A stretch of 64,000 bases of DNA, from NCBI GenBank assembly GCA_965248265.1, contig CBDFJF010000002.1:1312001-1376000 (forward strand), written 5' to 3'. The notes beneath the pieces are model-generated. The model searched no databases. It saw only the letters and a program-made list of their open reading frames with translations, and had not been told where the DNA came from. Source of the DNA: Candidatus Latescibacterota bacterium (GTDB lineage Bacteria; Latescibacterota; UBA2968; UBA8231). Position numbers and translations under genes: made by a program. Shown here piece by piece: positions 19,085 through 29,752 of the stretch. Positions within the stretch are counted from its first letter, which is position 1; each line of letters starts with the position of its first letter.

Positions 19085-21985
19085 GTGACGCATAAGAAGG
19101 TGTCTATCCGCAGGGGGTTCTTGTTCAGTGTGTCGCTGCTGAGCGTGGTCCTCCTGTGCGCCAGCGAGGGTGGGGCGCAGCTTGTATCCCGCCGATCCCT
19201 GCTGTCACGGCCGGTCCCGGAGTATGACAACTACGCGCTACAGGGCTATCGGAGAATGGGGCGACAGGAGTTCGATCGCGGCACCGCGCTGGTCTTCGAT
19301 GATTTCGGTAACCTGATCATGGACGGGGCGGAGCTCTACCGGCTGTCCCAGTCCCATCCAATGTTCGACGATCCGACGACGGAACCCCGTGAACCGGGAA
19401 GCAGGCTTCAAAAGAGTTTGCTCTACCACGATTACCTGGCCAGACTGGTGCTCGCCAAGGATACCTACGTCGGATCCAACCAGAGGCTCATCATAGGGGA
19501 TCACATTCGCACCCGCTTTACTTCGTTGACGATGGATATGGCAGCGTTGAACGGGATCCGCTGGGATGGGGATTTCGGGCGGCACGGCTTTTCCCTGGTG
19601 AGCTCCCGGTTGGACAAGCCCATCTACGAACTGGAGGCCATCTTTTCGTACGAAGACAACGTCCATTACGATCAGAGGGTAGAGGAAGTTGGGGGCCTGG
19701 CCCGGAGCTTGTTGGCGGCGTATCTGCTGGGTGGATACGCACAGACCCGGATAGGGATGTTCGATCTCGGGTTGACGTATTTGAATCAGTTCCGCGTGGA
19801 CACCCAGGTGGGACTGGCACAAAACAGCTTGAAGGGCACACTGCCCGTCCATGATCCGGGAGGGATCGGGGTGGCCAGGCGGCCCTCGTTCATCGAATAC
19901 CTGGTGGTCAAGATAGCCGATGAGACCGAGCGGGATGGTCAAGGGGCGCGGGTGTACGATGTGCGCATCTCCCTCAACGGAGTTGAAAGGGACGACATTC
20001 GGCCCGTGATCACGCGCCACGACACGGAGGTCCTCGAGCAAAGCAACCTGGGGGCCAACGCGAACATCGATCAGAACTTCCCCCGCAACCGCACCATCCC
20101 GCCATATGTCGAGTTCATCAGGAGTTCCTTAGCGCCGGAGCCTTTTCTGCCCACGGAGACCGCGGGAGCACAGGGGCTGGAGGCCAGCGGCACGGAGTAC
20201 CTGTTGTACTGGTTCGCCATGCCCGAGGCCGGGACTCGCGAGGTGCACTTCGAGGCGCTGGTGGCCAACGACTACGAGATCAGCGTGTCGGAGGTATACG
20301 TTGCTGGCCTCGTACCGAAGGACCGGCCTCAAGAACGAAACCGGGCAACGTATTTCTACCGGGTTGCCGGATCGTCGGGGCGCGTGACGGACATGAGCAA
20401 TCTGGGGTGGGTGGGGTTCGACTACGGGCGGCAGACGGGGGTCACCGTGACAGGGGTCAACCTGTCGACGGCGGTAGCGGGCTTCCAGTTGAGCGCCGAG
20501 TACAACCTGAACTGGGACTTCAGACAGTACCCCGACCTGGGAGGGCAGTACCACCAGCGCCGGGCGGAGGCGTACTACGTCAATGTGAAAAAGGAGGTGG
20601 GGGGGAACGGTTTCCTGGGAGGAGAGCTGTTCCGTATATCCCCGCACTACACGACGACGCTCTCCATTCAAGACGGGAGTGTCGGGCTCTACGGCGCCGT
20701 GCCCTTTTTCACCGACCTCATCTCCCAGGGCGGGGCGGGGACCGTCGACGACACGCGCAACACCACCATGGAGTTGGACCTCGTGGACGACAACGACGAT
20801 CGCGACGTCTTCCCGGAGAACCACTTCCTGCCGGCATTTGCCGACCGCAACGGTGTGTTCCCCGGACTGGATGGAGATCAGGACGGTCGCCCAGACATCA
20901 ACCAGAACAACAACAGTCTGCCGGACTACCTCGAGCCCTTCTTGCTCTACTATGTCGATCCCGACGATTACGCGTACGGAGACGACATGAACAACAACGG
21001 GGTGATCGACCGCCGCGAGGACGACGACAAGCCCGATTACCCCTACGACAAGGATTCGGAAGGGGTGCACCTGTTCACGGGGGGGCGTTGGGACAACGGG
21101 CTGCAGCTGAGGCTGGGATTGCTCGACATGCGTCAAATCCTGGGTGGGGGGCGCAACTGGATGAGGTATGCCAAGGTGGAGTACAACACCAACGAGCCGT
21201 CGTTGGGCAAGATCCAGGCGGTCAACTTCCTGAAGCGGGTCAAGGACACCATCCCCGACGAACTGAATCGATTCGCCTATGACGACACCTTCGGGCCGTT
21301 TGGGTCGATCACCCCGGTGGGCACCCGCGGGGTGAATCCCGACGATCTGATCGGCATCGGTATCGCGAGGTACCAGGATCGGCCCCTGCGCATGCGCAAC
21401 AGCGTCGTGAATACGACGTTCGTGGAGGGCCGTTTGAAGTGGTTCCCGGGATTCACCGTGCGCTCGAATGCGCAACTGGATCTGAATTTTCAGCGGAAAA
21501 CGGCGTTCCACGAGGCCAACCGAATCCAGGACTGGACCTCGGTGGTCGCGGCTGATTACGTATGGAAGCGGGGGAGCTGGACACTCAGGCCACAGCTGAA
21601 GTACATGGCCCAGAGGACGACGGATCAGAAAAGGGTAGTGCTGCCGGCTCACGAGGTGCACTACTATCCCATTCTGCGGATGGACTACGTGCTGAGTCCG
21701 AAAACCGTGCTGAGGTTTGGTGTGCAGGCGCCAGGTCGCTATCGCGATATGACGAACCATTCGGCTGACTACAGGTCGCAAGACTATCTGGCAATGGTCA
21801 CCAACACCTCCTCATACAGCGGATACGAAATGAGCTTCAATGCAGGCTACCAGCTCAAGCGCCGCCGGATGGACGATCGCAGCCGCGCGATCGAGGACAT
21901 AGACTACTCACTTTTCTTCGTCCGGATGGTTGTCGGGCTGAGGGCCTCGGAGGCGCGGGTGACCGAGGTGACGCGGACTATATAG
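19085..21985 (+). CDS. Large putative outer-membrane protein, paralog 2
   Basis: Shares IRTxFTSLT, GIRWDG, ALVANDY, SNLGWV, PDYxEPFLxYYVDPD, GGGRN, PILRMDY, YSGY with paralog 1. Confidence 0.7.
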   Translation: MTHKKVSIRRGFLFSVSLLSVVLLCASEGGAQLVSRRSLLSRPVPEYDNYALQGYRRMGRQEFDRGTALVFDDFGNLIMDGAELYRLSQSHPMFDDPTTEPREPGSRLQKSLLYHDYLARLVLAKDTYVGSNQRLIIGDHIRTRFTSLTMDMAALNGIRWDGDFGRHGFSLVSSRLDKPIYELEAIFSYEDNVHYDQRVEEVGGLARSLLAAYLLGGYAQTRIGMFDLGLTYLNQFRVDTQVGLAQNSLKGTLPVHDPGGIGVARRPSFIEYLVVKIADETERDGQGARVYDVRISLNGVERDDIRPVITRHDTEVLEQSNLGANANIDQNFPRNRTIPPYVEFIRSSLAPEPFLPTETAGAQGLEASGTEYLLYWFAMPEAGTREVHFEALVANDYEISVSEVYVAGLVPKDRPQERNRATYFYRVAGSSGRVTDMSNLGWVGFDYGRQTGVTVTGVNLSTAVAGFQLSAEYNLNWDFRQYPDLGGQYHQRRAEAYYVNVKKEVGGNGFLGGELFRISPHYTTTLSIQDGSVGLYGAVPFFTDLISQGGAGTVDDTRNTTMELDLVDDNDDRDVFPENHFLPAFADRNGVFPGLDGDQDGRPDINQNNNSLPDYLEPFLLYYVDPDDYAYGDDMNNNGVIDRREDDDKPDYPYDKDSEGVHLFTGGRWDNGLQLRLGLLDMRQILGGGRNWMRYAKVEYNTNEPSLGKIQAVNFLKRVKDTIPDELNRFAYDDTFGPFGSITPVGTRGVNPDDLIGIGIARYQDRPLRMRNSVVNTTFVEGRLKWFPGFTVRSNAQLDLNFQRKTAFHEANRIQDWTSVVAADYVWKRGSWTLRPQLKYMAQRTTDQKRVVLPAHEVHYYPILRMDYVLSPKTVLRFGVQAPGRYRDMTNHSADYRSQDYLAMVTNTSSYSGYEMSFNAGYQLKRRRMDDRSRAIEDIDYSLFFVRMVVGLRASEARVTEVTRTI

Positions 21986-21994
21986 GCCAGAATC

Positions 21995-24900
21995 ATGCAC
22001 TGCATCGTGCGTAAAGGCAAAAGACCGGGGTGCGGCTATCGAGGGGGGCCTGTGTCTCTAGTACCTCGCGGCGCAAGTCCGTTGCCGGTTGAGCGCCGAT
22101 CCATCCCGGCTCGCGGCGTGGGACCGAACTCTTGGAGTTCGGCCTCGTCCCTGAGCGCGCTCCGCTCGCCGTATTCCCTAATACGACTCGGTCGCGCGCC
22201 TTGCGAGCCGGGCACCTCGACGTTCAAACCTATGGCAACGTACTTCCGCCGCGAGGTACTCGCCCTCTATGTGTTGGTGATGACGGTTGCGATGGGGGGG
22301 GAGGCGAGTTGGGTTGAGGCGCAGGGGGAGAACGTGTGGAGGGCGGAGCGTCGGTGGAAGGAGACACCGGCGGTGCCCGCGGTTGTGCCGGATCGGATGT
22401 TTTTGGGAGACCCGGGGGAGGTGTATCAGAACTACGCCTTCACGGGGTATCGGAACTACGACTCGCTGACGGGTCGACCGCCGTGGTCGAACATCTACGA
22501 TCCGCTGGGCAACTTCCTGATCAGCGGTCGGGAATTGGGCTCCTGGACTGGGGAACAGTCCACGGAGGGGGGCATCCGCAGTGGAAACAGTCGTATTCTA
22601 GCTAACCTCGCCAACTTCCACGGGGTTTTGTCCATGGGCGGGCAGACCTATTCGGGATGGGCGAGTAATCTGATCTTTTCGAGGAGCGGTGCGGGGAGTT
22701 TCTGGACCAAGGGGATCATGACGCGGTTCACACCGCTGACGTTGAATCGAGTGGCGCTACAGGGCGCCCGGGGGGACATTCTGAGCCCGTTCGGTGATGC
22801 CCTGAGCCTGGTAGCCTCCTACCAGTATCTGGGCTATACGGGAGGAGTTGGGTTACATGGAGGTGGCGACGATTCGGTGATTCTCCTGGCCGGACACTAT
22901 GAGCGCGAGACGGGGCCGTTGCGGTTGGGCGCCACGTTTGCCAACCTGCACATGTTCGATGTGCGCTATCCGACGACGGACTTGAGGGGGGATCTGCACG
23001 CTTCTCAGGCGATCCCGGCGCTCATCGCGGTGCGGATCTCGGACGATTCGCCGAGCGATGGACGAGGTGGCCCCGTCGTGTCCGGGGTGCAGTTGGTGAT
23101 CAATGGTCAAGCGCGCCCGAATCTGGTTCCGGACCTGGTGCGTCGGGATCTCACGAATACGTTCACGGTGGTCGGGAGGACGGGGGTCGACGGGAATTTC
23201 CGGCCCAGCTTCTACTACGAGCCCTCCGTAGCGCGCAGTACGGGTCCCTATTTGGGGATGGAGAAACCGCTGTATGCCGACTACCTGTATCGGCGGGATC
23301 TCGCGCAGGGAGAGGATGTGTCCGACTTCGCCGACGTAGATCGTCTGGTGAGGTTTATAGAATGGGAAGACCCGAGCCAGGTTCAGCGTGCGGATGGGAC
23401 CGAGTCCCTGGTGTACTACTTCAATCTTGAGGGGCTGACCCACGTGCGCTCCGTGGAGGTGGAGGCGTCGGTGGGCAATGACTACCATATCGAAGTCGCC
23501 GACATCAGTGTGACGGCTCCGAATGACGATAGGTATGATTCCCGCTACAGCGCGCCGTTCTACAAGACGGTGCGTCGTGCCGAGGGCAACGTGCAGGATT
23601 TGTCGAATGCCGAGCGGATACGGTTTCCGATCGGCAATGAGACCGGTCAGTCGGTATGGGGCGTGAACATGGCGCTGGACCTCGTGGGTCTGCGGGTGCG
23701 TGGGGAGTTTGCACAGAGCATCACCTACAGCCGCTACCGGGACGGGGTGCCCGGGGAACAGCTGGACCTCATCGGCACCGACCCGGTGCTCTACGAGGGC
23801 AATGGAGTGCGCCACCACGAGCGGGAACGGGCCGGGTATGTTCAACTCGAGCGGGAGACGCCGCGCTACGGTTTCGGGGGAGAACTGTTTTCCATCGGGC
23901 CCATGTTCAACCAGCGACTGACGAAGAGGCCAGGTGAGGTGGCGATTGGGGGAGGCTTTCCCTACCTGAAGAACAAGACGACCTTCTTCTCTCTTCTCGA
24001 GGACAATGATGATGGGGACGCCAATCCGGAGGGCAAGATCCGAGGTTCGGCCCCCCGTGATCTATCCGTGTTTCCCGGCAACGATGCGGACAACGACGGT
24101 ATCCCTGATACCAACCGCAACCTGAACGGGCTGCCAGATTTTCTGGAGCCTTTCCTGCTCTACGAAGCGGATCCGGATGAATACGTGTACGGTCTGGATT
24201 TCAACAACAACGACGTCGTGGATGAGCGCGAGGACGACCTGAAGGAGGACCTTCCGTATGACCGGGATCTGCGGGGGGCCCATGCTTATGTCCGCTGGAA
24301 GCCATGGACAGGCGCGGAGGCGACAGTGGGCTGGCTGCAATCGCATCAGATTGCCGGCGGAGGCCGCAACGACCAGCGCTACCTCCGACTGCACTATAGC
24401 GAGGTGCATCCCCGGGTGGGAGAATGGCTGATCGAGAACGAGCTGAAGCGGGTGTGGGACGATGTGCCGGATGACGTGTTCAGCTGGACGGCGGCGAACG
24501 CGTCAGTAGACCAAAGATTTCTCAGGACCGATGAGGGGCGATTCGCGTATTTTCCGACGTTCACCCCCGATCCGTTGGACTATCGCAACAGTCTGGCGAA
24601 CCGGTTGCACATATCGGGCACCCTGAAGTGGCTTCCCGGCTGGCGGATCGTCACCCGGCTGAAACTGGAACACAACCGTCAGTATGGGGGGAGCCTCGAG
24701 GACGGTTCGGAGCAGGCCCGGGATCGGATCCGTTCCCTGGCGTGGGTGCAGCAGGCCGACTACACGTGGCACTGGGGGAATTTGACGCTGCAGCCGGCCC
24801 TGAAAGGACTCTGGTTGAAGCGGACCCGGCAGCGGGCAGACCGGGCGTTGATCCACACCGAAACGGTCGTCCCCATCGTCAAGGCCCGCTATGAGCTGTC

Positions 24901-25177
24901 TCCGGCGACGGAGGTGAAGGTGGGTTTCCAGGGAGTCCCGGGCTGGTGGTTCGAGGAAACCCACCTGGCCGATCCGCGCAACAGCTTCAAGCGGCGGACG
25001 ACGATGGTCTTCCTCTCCAACATGTCGGATTACTCGGGGTATAAGATTTCCACCAATCTGGGGTTCAAGCAGGACAGGCTGGAGTACGCAGACGAATTCC
25101 GCTTCCTCGAGAGCTTCGACACGACGGAGATCTTCGTGCGCCTGTTCATGGGGTATGGGCAAAACGTACTGTATTAA
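21995..25177 (+). CDS. Large putative outer-membrane protein, paralog 3 (MITE inserted in frame near the 5' end; alternative ATG at 22232)
   Basis: Same motif series (TRFTPLT, SDDSP, VGNDY, GGELF, PDFLEPFLLY, GGGRN, YSGY). Confidence 0.7.
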   Translation: MHCIVRKGKRPGCGYRGGPVSLVPRGASPLPVERRSIPARGVGPNSWSSASSLSALRSPYSLIRLGRAPCEPGTSTFKPMATYFRREVLALYVLVMTVAMGGEASWVEAQGENVWRAERRWKETPAVPAVVPDRMFLGDPGEVYQNYAFTGYRNYDSLTGRPPWSNIYDPLGNFLISGRELGSWTGEQSTEGGIRSGNSRILANLANFHGVLSMGGQTYSGWASNLIFSRSGAGSFWTKGIMTRFTPLTLNRVALQGARGDILSPFGDALSLVASYQYLGYTGGVGLHGGGDDSVILLAGHYERETGPLRLGATFANLHMFDVRYPTTDLRGDLHASQAIPALIAVRISDDSPSDGRGGPVVSGVQLVINGQARPNLVPDLVRRDLTNTFTVVGRTGVDGNFRPSFYYEPSVARSTGPYLGMEKPLYADYLYRRDLAQGEDVSDFADVDRLVRFIEWEDPSQVQRADGTESLVYYFNLEGLTHVRSVEVEASVGNDYHIEVADISVTAPNDDRYDSRYSAPFYKTVRRAEGNVQDLSNAERIRFPIGNETGQSVWGVNMALDLVGLRVRGEFAQSITYSRYRDGVPGEQLDLIGTDPVLYEGNGVRHHERERAGYVQLERETPRYGFGGELFSIGPMFNQRLTKRPGEVAIGGGFPYLKNKTTFFSLLEDNDDGDANPEGKIRGSAPRDLSVFPGNDADNDGIPDTNRNLNGLPDFLEPFLLYEADPDEYVYGLDFNNNDVVDEREDDLKEDLPYDRDLRGAHAYVRWKPWTGAEATVGWLQSHQIAGGGRNDQRYLRLHYSEVHPRVGEWLIENELKRVWDDVPDDVFSWTAANASVDQRFLRTDEGRFAYFPTFTPDPLDYRNSLANRLHISGTLKWLPGWRIVTRLKLEHNRQYGGSLEDGSEQARDRIRSLAWVQQADYTWHWGNLTLQPALKGLWLKRTRQRADRALIHTETVVPIVKARYELSPATEVKVGFQGVPGWWFEETHLADPRNSFKRRTTMVFLSNMSDYSGYKISTNLGFKQDRLEYADEFRFLESFDTTEIFVRLFMGYGQNVLY
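22058..22262. mobile_element. MITE-like element A
   Basis: 27-bp TIR with 2 mismatches (AGTACCTCGCGGCGcAAGTcCGTTGCC), CTAG/CTCG flanks, core similar to 39001-39128. Confidence 0.7.
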
Positions 25178-25196
25178 TGCAGGGTGACTATTTGTA

Positions 25197-26477
25197 ATGG
25201 CAAAAGGCGATGTGCATCCTTCTGAAAAGCGCGAGTTCTCGGATCCGGCGACGGATGTGCGCGTCATCCAGCTCACGGACCAGCCGTGTGTCAACACGAG
25301 CGCCTATTACAATCAGGAGCAGTTCATCGGTGGGTCAGAGCGATTCGTCTTCATCTCCAACCGCAGCGGTGAAAGTCACCTCTACACGGTGGAGGTGGCT
25401 TCCGGCAAGATCGTGCAACTGACCGACGAGGAGCCCTCGGGCGGCTTCACCGTCGACCCCGAACGCGGCATCGTCTACTTCGGGCGCGATCGGCAGTTTG
25501 TCGCCCTGGATGTGGAGTCGTTGCAGGAGGAAGTGGTAGCCGAGTCACCGGAAGGCTGCGGGCCGATCGGCGGACCGGACCTGTCGTCGTGCGGGCGTTA
25601 TCTCGTCCTCGGCTGTGGCCCGGCGGACAGGAAGAAGAGTTACGACTACCGGTACGGCAGAGAAGCGATGGTGCTCCTGGTCGATGTCGTGGAGAAACGG
25701 CAGGAAGTGGTTTATCATGGGCCGAGCGCGGACAACCAGGCGGCGCCCGACAGCCACCACTTCATCAGTCGCGGCGACCCGTCCTACGTGTGGTTCGGCA
25801 GCTATGCCAGGCTGCAGCCCACCGGCATCAAGACAGCCTGGGTCATGAAAGTCGATCTCGAGCGCCTCAAACCCATACACGACCCGATACTGCTGTTCGA
25901 TCAGCAGCCGTATGACTACATCAACCACTACTACTCAGCGCCCAATGCTCACGTCGAATCGTTTCACTACCAGAACATGGCCTACGACCGGGACGGGATC
26001 CCGATCGCTCAGGAGCAAAAGCTGCCGATGCTTCTCGACATCGATCTGGAACGACGCACGACCAGCCGGTGGGTGTTCCCGGGGCTGGCACCGACGCATT
26101 TCAAGTGCAACAACGCCGACGACATGTGGGCGGGGGATCGGGCCGACCCCGGTTTTCTCTGGCTCGAAGGTCGCGGTGAAGACGGCAGTGCCTATATAGA
26201 TGGAGACGCTGAGAACGCCGATTACTGGTTGCACTACTGGCCTGAATCCAGCGCGCCGAGCTTCCCCGCACACGAGTGGATCGGGGTGTTCCGCAAGCAC
26301 CATTCCTCCTACCTTGAGGTTCGTCCGCTGGTTCGGCACAAGACCACCTGGTGGGAAGGTGTCCATCCGCATCCGGTGTTCTCGCCTGATGATAAATGGA
26401 TTGCATACTGCGCCGGGGAGAAAGAGCGATCTCAGCTCTACCTGGCCGAGGCGGTCTGGCCAAGATGGCTCACGTAG
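25197..26477 (+). CDS. Oligogalacturonate lyase (PL22)-like beta-propeller protein
   Basis: N-terminus MAKG...FSDPATDVRVIQLT, FVFISNRSG, C-terminal HPHPVFSPD; no signal peptide. Confidence 0.75.
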   Translation: MAKGDVHPSEKREFSDPATDVRVIQLTDQPCVNTSAYYNQEQFIGGSERFVFISNRSGESHLYTVEVASGKIVQLTDEEPSGGFTVDPERGIVYFGRDRQFVALDVESLQEEVVAESPEGCGPIGGPDLSSCGRYLVLGCGPADRKKSYDYRYGREAMVLLVDVVEKRQEVVYHGPSADNQAAPDSHHFISRGDPSYVWFGSYARLQPTGIKTAWVMKVDLERLKPIHDPILLFDQQPYDYINHYYSAPNAHVESFHYQNMAYDRDGIPIAQEQKLPMLLDIDLERRTTSRWVFPGLAPTHFKCNNADDMWAGDRADPGFLWLEGRGEDGSAYIDGDAENADYWLHYWPESSAPSFPAHEWIGVFRKHHSSYLEVRPLVRHKTTWWEGVHPHPVFSPDDKWIAYCAGEKERSQLYLAEAVWPRWLT

Positions 26478-26493
26478 CTGAACGGAGTCTTTG

Positions 26494-29400
26494 ATGTCAT
26501 TTGCGTGGATAATCGTGTCGTTGAGTCTGGTGGTTACGGCGTGGACTCGGCATGTGCCGTCCGCGGAGGACGTGCAGGCCTCTTTTCGAAAGGCGCAGCG
26601 CTTCTACGGGGCAGAAGCATACGACCAAGCGGTCGAGCAGTACGAAAAGGTCGGCCAGGTAAGCAGCACGCTGCTCCGCCTCGAACAGGTCACCGTGACG
26701 GTGGGCGATATTACGGCACCGATCACCGAGGCAGCCCTGTACCAGTCGGGCAACGCATACTTCAAGATGGCTCAGGATGCGCGGCGCAAGGTGCACCGGG
26801 CGGAGAGCGCGACGGATCGAGAGAAAGCCGAACGTCAGGCCCAGGCATTCCTGGAACGGTCGGTCGGATTCTTCGAGCGAGTGGAATCCGAGGCCACGGC
26901 TGAGGGATTGCGGGTGCTGGCACAGAGTCGTCTAGTGACGACCTGGTACGAAACGAAGGATTACGAACAGACCATAGCTGAAGCTCAAACGCTCATATCG
27001 AAGTACCCCGACAGCAAGTTCGTGGCAAACGCGATGTACGATATCGCCTGGTCGTACTATGAGCAAGGTGACTACGAGTCCAGCATCCAGGCGTTCGAGG
27101 CGCTGATCCGACATTCCCCTACGGGCTTCCGGGCGGACCGGGCGCAGTTTCAGATCGCGGAATGCTACTATCTCCAGAACGACTATGAGAAGGCCATCAG
27201 TCACTATCAGCAGCTGGTGGACCAGGCCAACGTGTACGGATTGACCGGCCGGGATTTGATGAGGATGCGGCGGGAGAAGCTGGCGGGATTGGTGGACGAG
27301 ACGGCACTGGAGCTGGCCGCCAAGGCGCAGTTGAAGATCGGGGATGGGTATTCGAAGCTGGGGCAGCTCGACAAGGCGACCGAGGCATTCGAGCGGGTGA
27401 TCGAACTGTTCTCGGCGGAAAGGGGCTTCGTCGAAGAGGGTTATCGCCGTCTGGCGGATATGTACTATGAGCAAGGGGATCTCGAGCTGTCCGTGCGTAC
27501 CTACAGGACCGCCATCGACCGGGTACGCGATCGGTTCTTCCAGGCCCGTATGCAGTCTCAAATGGCCCGGCGTTATGCTGACAGCGGACGTTTCGACGAG
27601 GCCATCGAGGAGTATGAGGTCTACATCAAGGGATATGAGGAGGTGGCGGCACGTGCGGGCTTTCCAGTGGACGAGGCGGATTACAATATAGGCAGGGCAT
27701 ACTATGACAAGGGACAACAGGCGCTAGCCGCGAGTCAACGGTCGATGGCCATACCGCATTTCCGTGAGGCGACCGCCCGGTATGAGAGCACGCTGAAGAC
27801 CTATCCCGACACCCGGCTAAAGGTGGACTTGCAGTTCAATATCGCCCTCTGCCAGCAGTTCATGGACGATGCGTCCTCGACGGCCCGGGCCCTGGAGGGA
27901 TTTCAGGGCATCATCAACGACCATCCCGATGACCCACTTGTCGAAAGCTCGCTCTTTCAGATCGCCCGGATATTCTACGACCAAAAAGAGTACGCCAGGG
28001 CTGTGGAGATTTACGGTGAATTGCTCCAGCGATTCCCCGATTCGCCCCAGGCGTCGATGGTGCATTTCGAACGGGGTATCTGCCGGCGGGACCAGGGAGA
28101 GCAGGACAAGGCGCTCGAGGCATTCCTGATGGTGCTGCCCGAATCGCCGCTGTTTGCCGATGCGCGCGTGACCGCCGGGGAAATCCTGATCCGCCAGGGG
28201 GAGTTTGTCCGCGCGTTGGAGATCATTGACGAAGCGCTGGCCTTTCAAGTCACGCCCGAGGTGCCCATACGCTATCTGTACATCAAGGCCAAAGCCTTTA
28301 CCGGAGAGATGGCCTACGAAGAGGCTGCGGGGGCGTTCACGGGCATCATCGAAGGGGCGAAGGATCAGCCCCAGTTGGTGGAGAGTTCGCTCTATGCCAG
28401 GGGAACCGCCCTGCTGAGCTTGGGGCGACATGGAGAAGCCGACCGAGACTTCGAGCGTGTCGTAGACGAGGCGGATGACCCCGTGATGCAACGGGCAGCC
28501 CGTCGGATGCTGGGGATGTCCCTGATTCAACAGGGGCGTGAACTAGAGGCCAGCACCAACTACGAGACCCTGGCCGCCAATGCCACTGATGTGCAGGAGA
28601 AGGCGGAATATCTCCTTCTGTTGGCCGAGCTCTATCACGGGCTCAAGACCTACGATCGCGTCGTGCGGATCTGCAGCGATATCGTGGCCATCGCTTCAGA
28701 TGAGAGCCTGCAGGGAGGTGATTCGATCCAGGAGAAGGCGCTTTTTCTGCTCGGGGACGCGCATAGTCGCATGGAGGAGCATGCCGCCGTTACAGACACG
28801 TTCAGAGAAGCTCTGAGGCGCTACCCGGACTCCATATACGCGCCGGACATGACCTTTGTGCTGGGGCTGAGCCTCATGCAATCGGGGCGGCGAGAGCAGG
28901 CGGCGCTCGAGCTCGAGCGTTTCCTTGAGCGCTATGAGGGCGATGCCAATACGGCGCATGCGCTATACTACCTGGGACATATCCGGTTTGGTCACAGGGA
29001 GTTCGCGCCCGCCATACGTGTGTTCGAGCGGCTGGTTGCGGAGTTTCCCCAACACGAGGCGGCGGCTGATGTCTGGTTCAGAATCGGGGAAAGCTACTTC
29101 AACCTGGAGCAATATGAGCAGGCGTTGAACGCATATGGAAGCGTCGTCGACGACTGGCCCGGGCCGGAGCAGGACGACGCGTTGTATAACAGCGCCTGGG
29201 TGTACATGGAATTGAACCGCGGAGAAGAAGCGGCAGCCACTCTAGGCCGGCTGCTCACGGAGTTTCCCGACAGCGAACTGGCTCCCAACGCCCAATTTAC
29301 CATCGGAGACTACCATTACAACGAAGGGCAGTATGAGCAGGCCCTGGATGCCTATCAGGGGCTCATGAAGGACCATCCCGACGCTGAGGTTGCGGCGGAA

Positions 29401-29739
29401 GTGCCGAAGTTGATCGAGGATTTGAGGGAGGCGGTGGCTTTTACCAGGTATCAAGCGATCGTTGTCGAATTCCGCCAGGCCATGACAACCAAGGACAAGG
29501 AGTCGCTGCGCCGCATCCTGTCCCGTATGAAGAGACTGGCCGAGGAATATTCAGGCACCGAGACCGAACTAGGCATTCTGAACAACATGGGTATTTCCTA
29601 CGAGTCCCTGAACGAATGGACGGAGGCCGTAGGTGTGTATGAACGCGTGATCGACCGTCATGAGGCGGGGACAGGTACTCCCGATGCGCATCAGTTCGCC
29701 AAGCAGCACCGGGATTGGATCGTTGCCAATCGGCTGTAA
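26494..29739 (+). CDS. Large tetratricopeptide repeat protein
   Basis: Many TPR units (A.F.IA..YY...DY..AI..Y..L...YPDS); N-terminal hydrophobic segment. Confidence 0.9.
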   Translation: MSFAWIIVSLSLVVTAWTRHVPSAEDVQASFRKAQRFYGAEAYDQAVEQYEKVGQVSSTLLRLEQVTVTVGDITAPITEAALYQSGNAYFKMAQDARRKVHRAESATDREKAERQAQAFLERSVGFFERVESEATAEGLRVLAQSRLVTTWYETKDYEQTIAEAQTLISKYPDSKFVANAMYDIAWSYYEQGDYESSIQAFEALIRHSPTGFRADRAQFQIAECYYLQNDYEKAISHYQQLVDQANVYGLTGRDLMRMRREKLAGLVDETALELAAKAQLKIGDGYSKLGQLDKATEAFERVIELFSAERGFVEEGYRRLADMYYEQGDLELSVRTYRTAIDRVRDRFFQARMQSQMARRYADSGRFDEAIEEYEVYIKGYEEVAARAGFPVDEADYNIGRAYYDKGQQALAASQRSMAIPHFREATARYESTLKTYPDTRLKVDLQFNIALCQQFMDDASSTARALEGFQGIINDHPDDPLVESSLFQIARIFYDQKEYARAVEIYGELLQRFPDSPQASMVHFERGICRRDQGEQDKALEAFLMVLPESPLFADARVTAGEILIRQGEFVRALEIIDEALAFQVTPEVPIRYLYIKAKAFTGEMAYEEAAGAFTGIIEGAKDQPQLVESSLYARGTALLSLGRHGEADRDFERVVDEADDPVMQRAARRMLGMSLIQQGRELEASTNYETLAANATDVQEKAEYLLLLAELYHGLKTYDRVVRICSDIVAIASDESLQGGDSIQEKALFLLGDAHSRMEEHAAVTDTFREALRRYPDSIYAPDMTFVLGLSLMQSGRREQAALELERFLERYEGDANTAHALYYLGHIRFGHREFAPAIRVFERLVAEFPQHEAAADVWFRIGESYFNLEQYEQALNAYGSVVDDWPGPEQDDALYNSAWVYMELNRGEEAAATLGRLLTEFPDSELAPNAQFTIGDYHYNEGQYEQALDAYQGLMKDHPDAEVAAEVPKLIEDLREAVAFTRYQAIVVEFRQAMTTKDKESLRRILSRMKRLAEEYSGTETELGILNNMGISYESLNEWTEAVGVYERVIDRHEAGTGTPDAHQFAKQHRDWIVANRL

Positions 29740-29752
29740 GGGAGAAGAGCTC

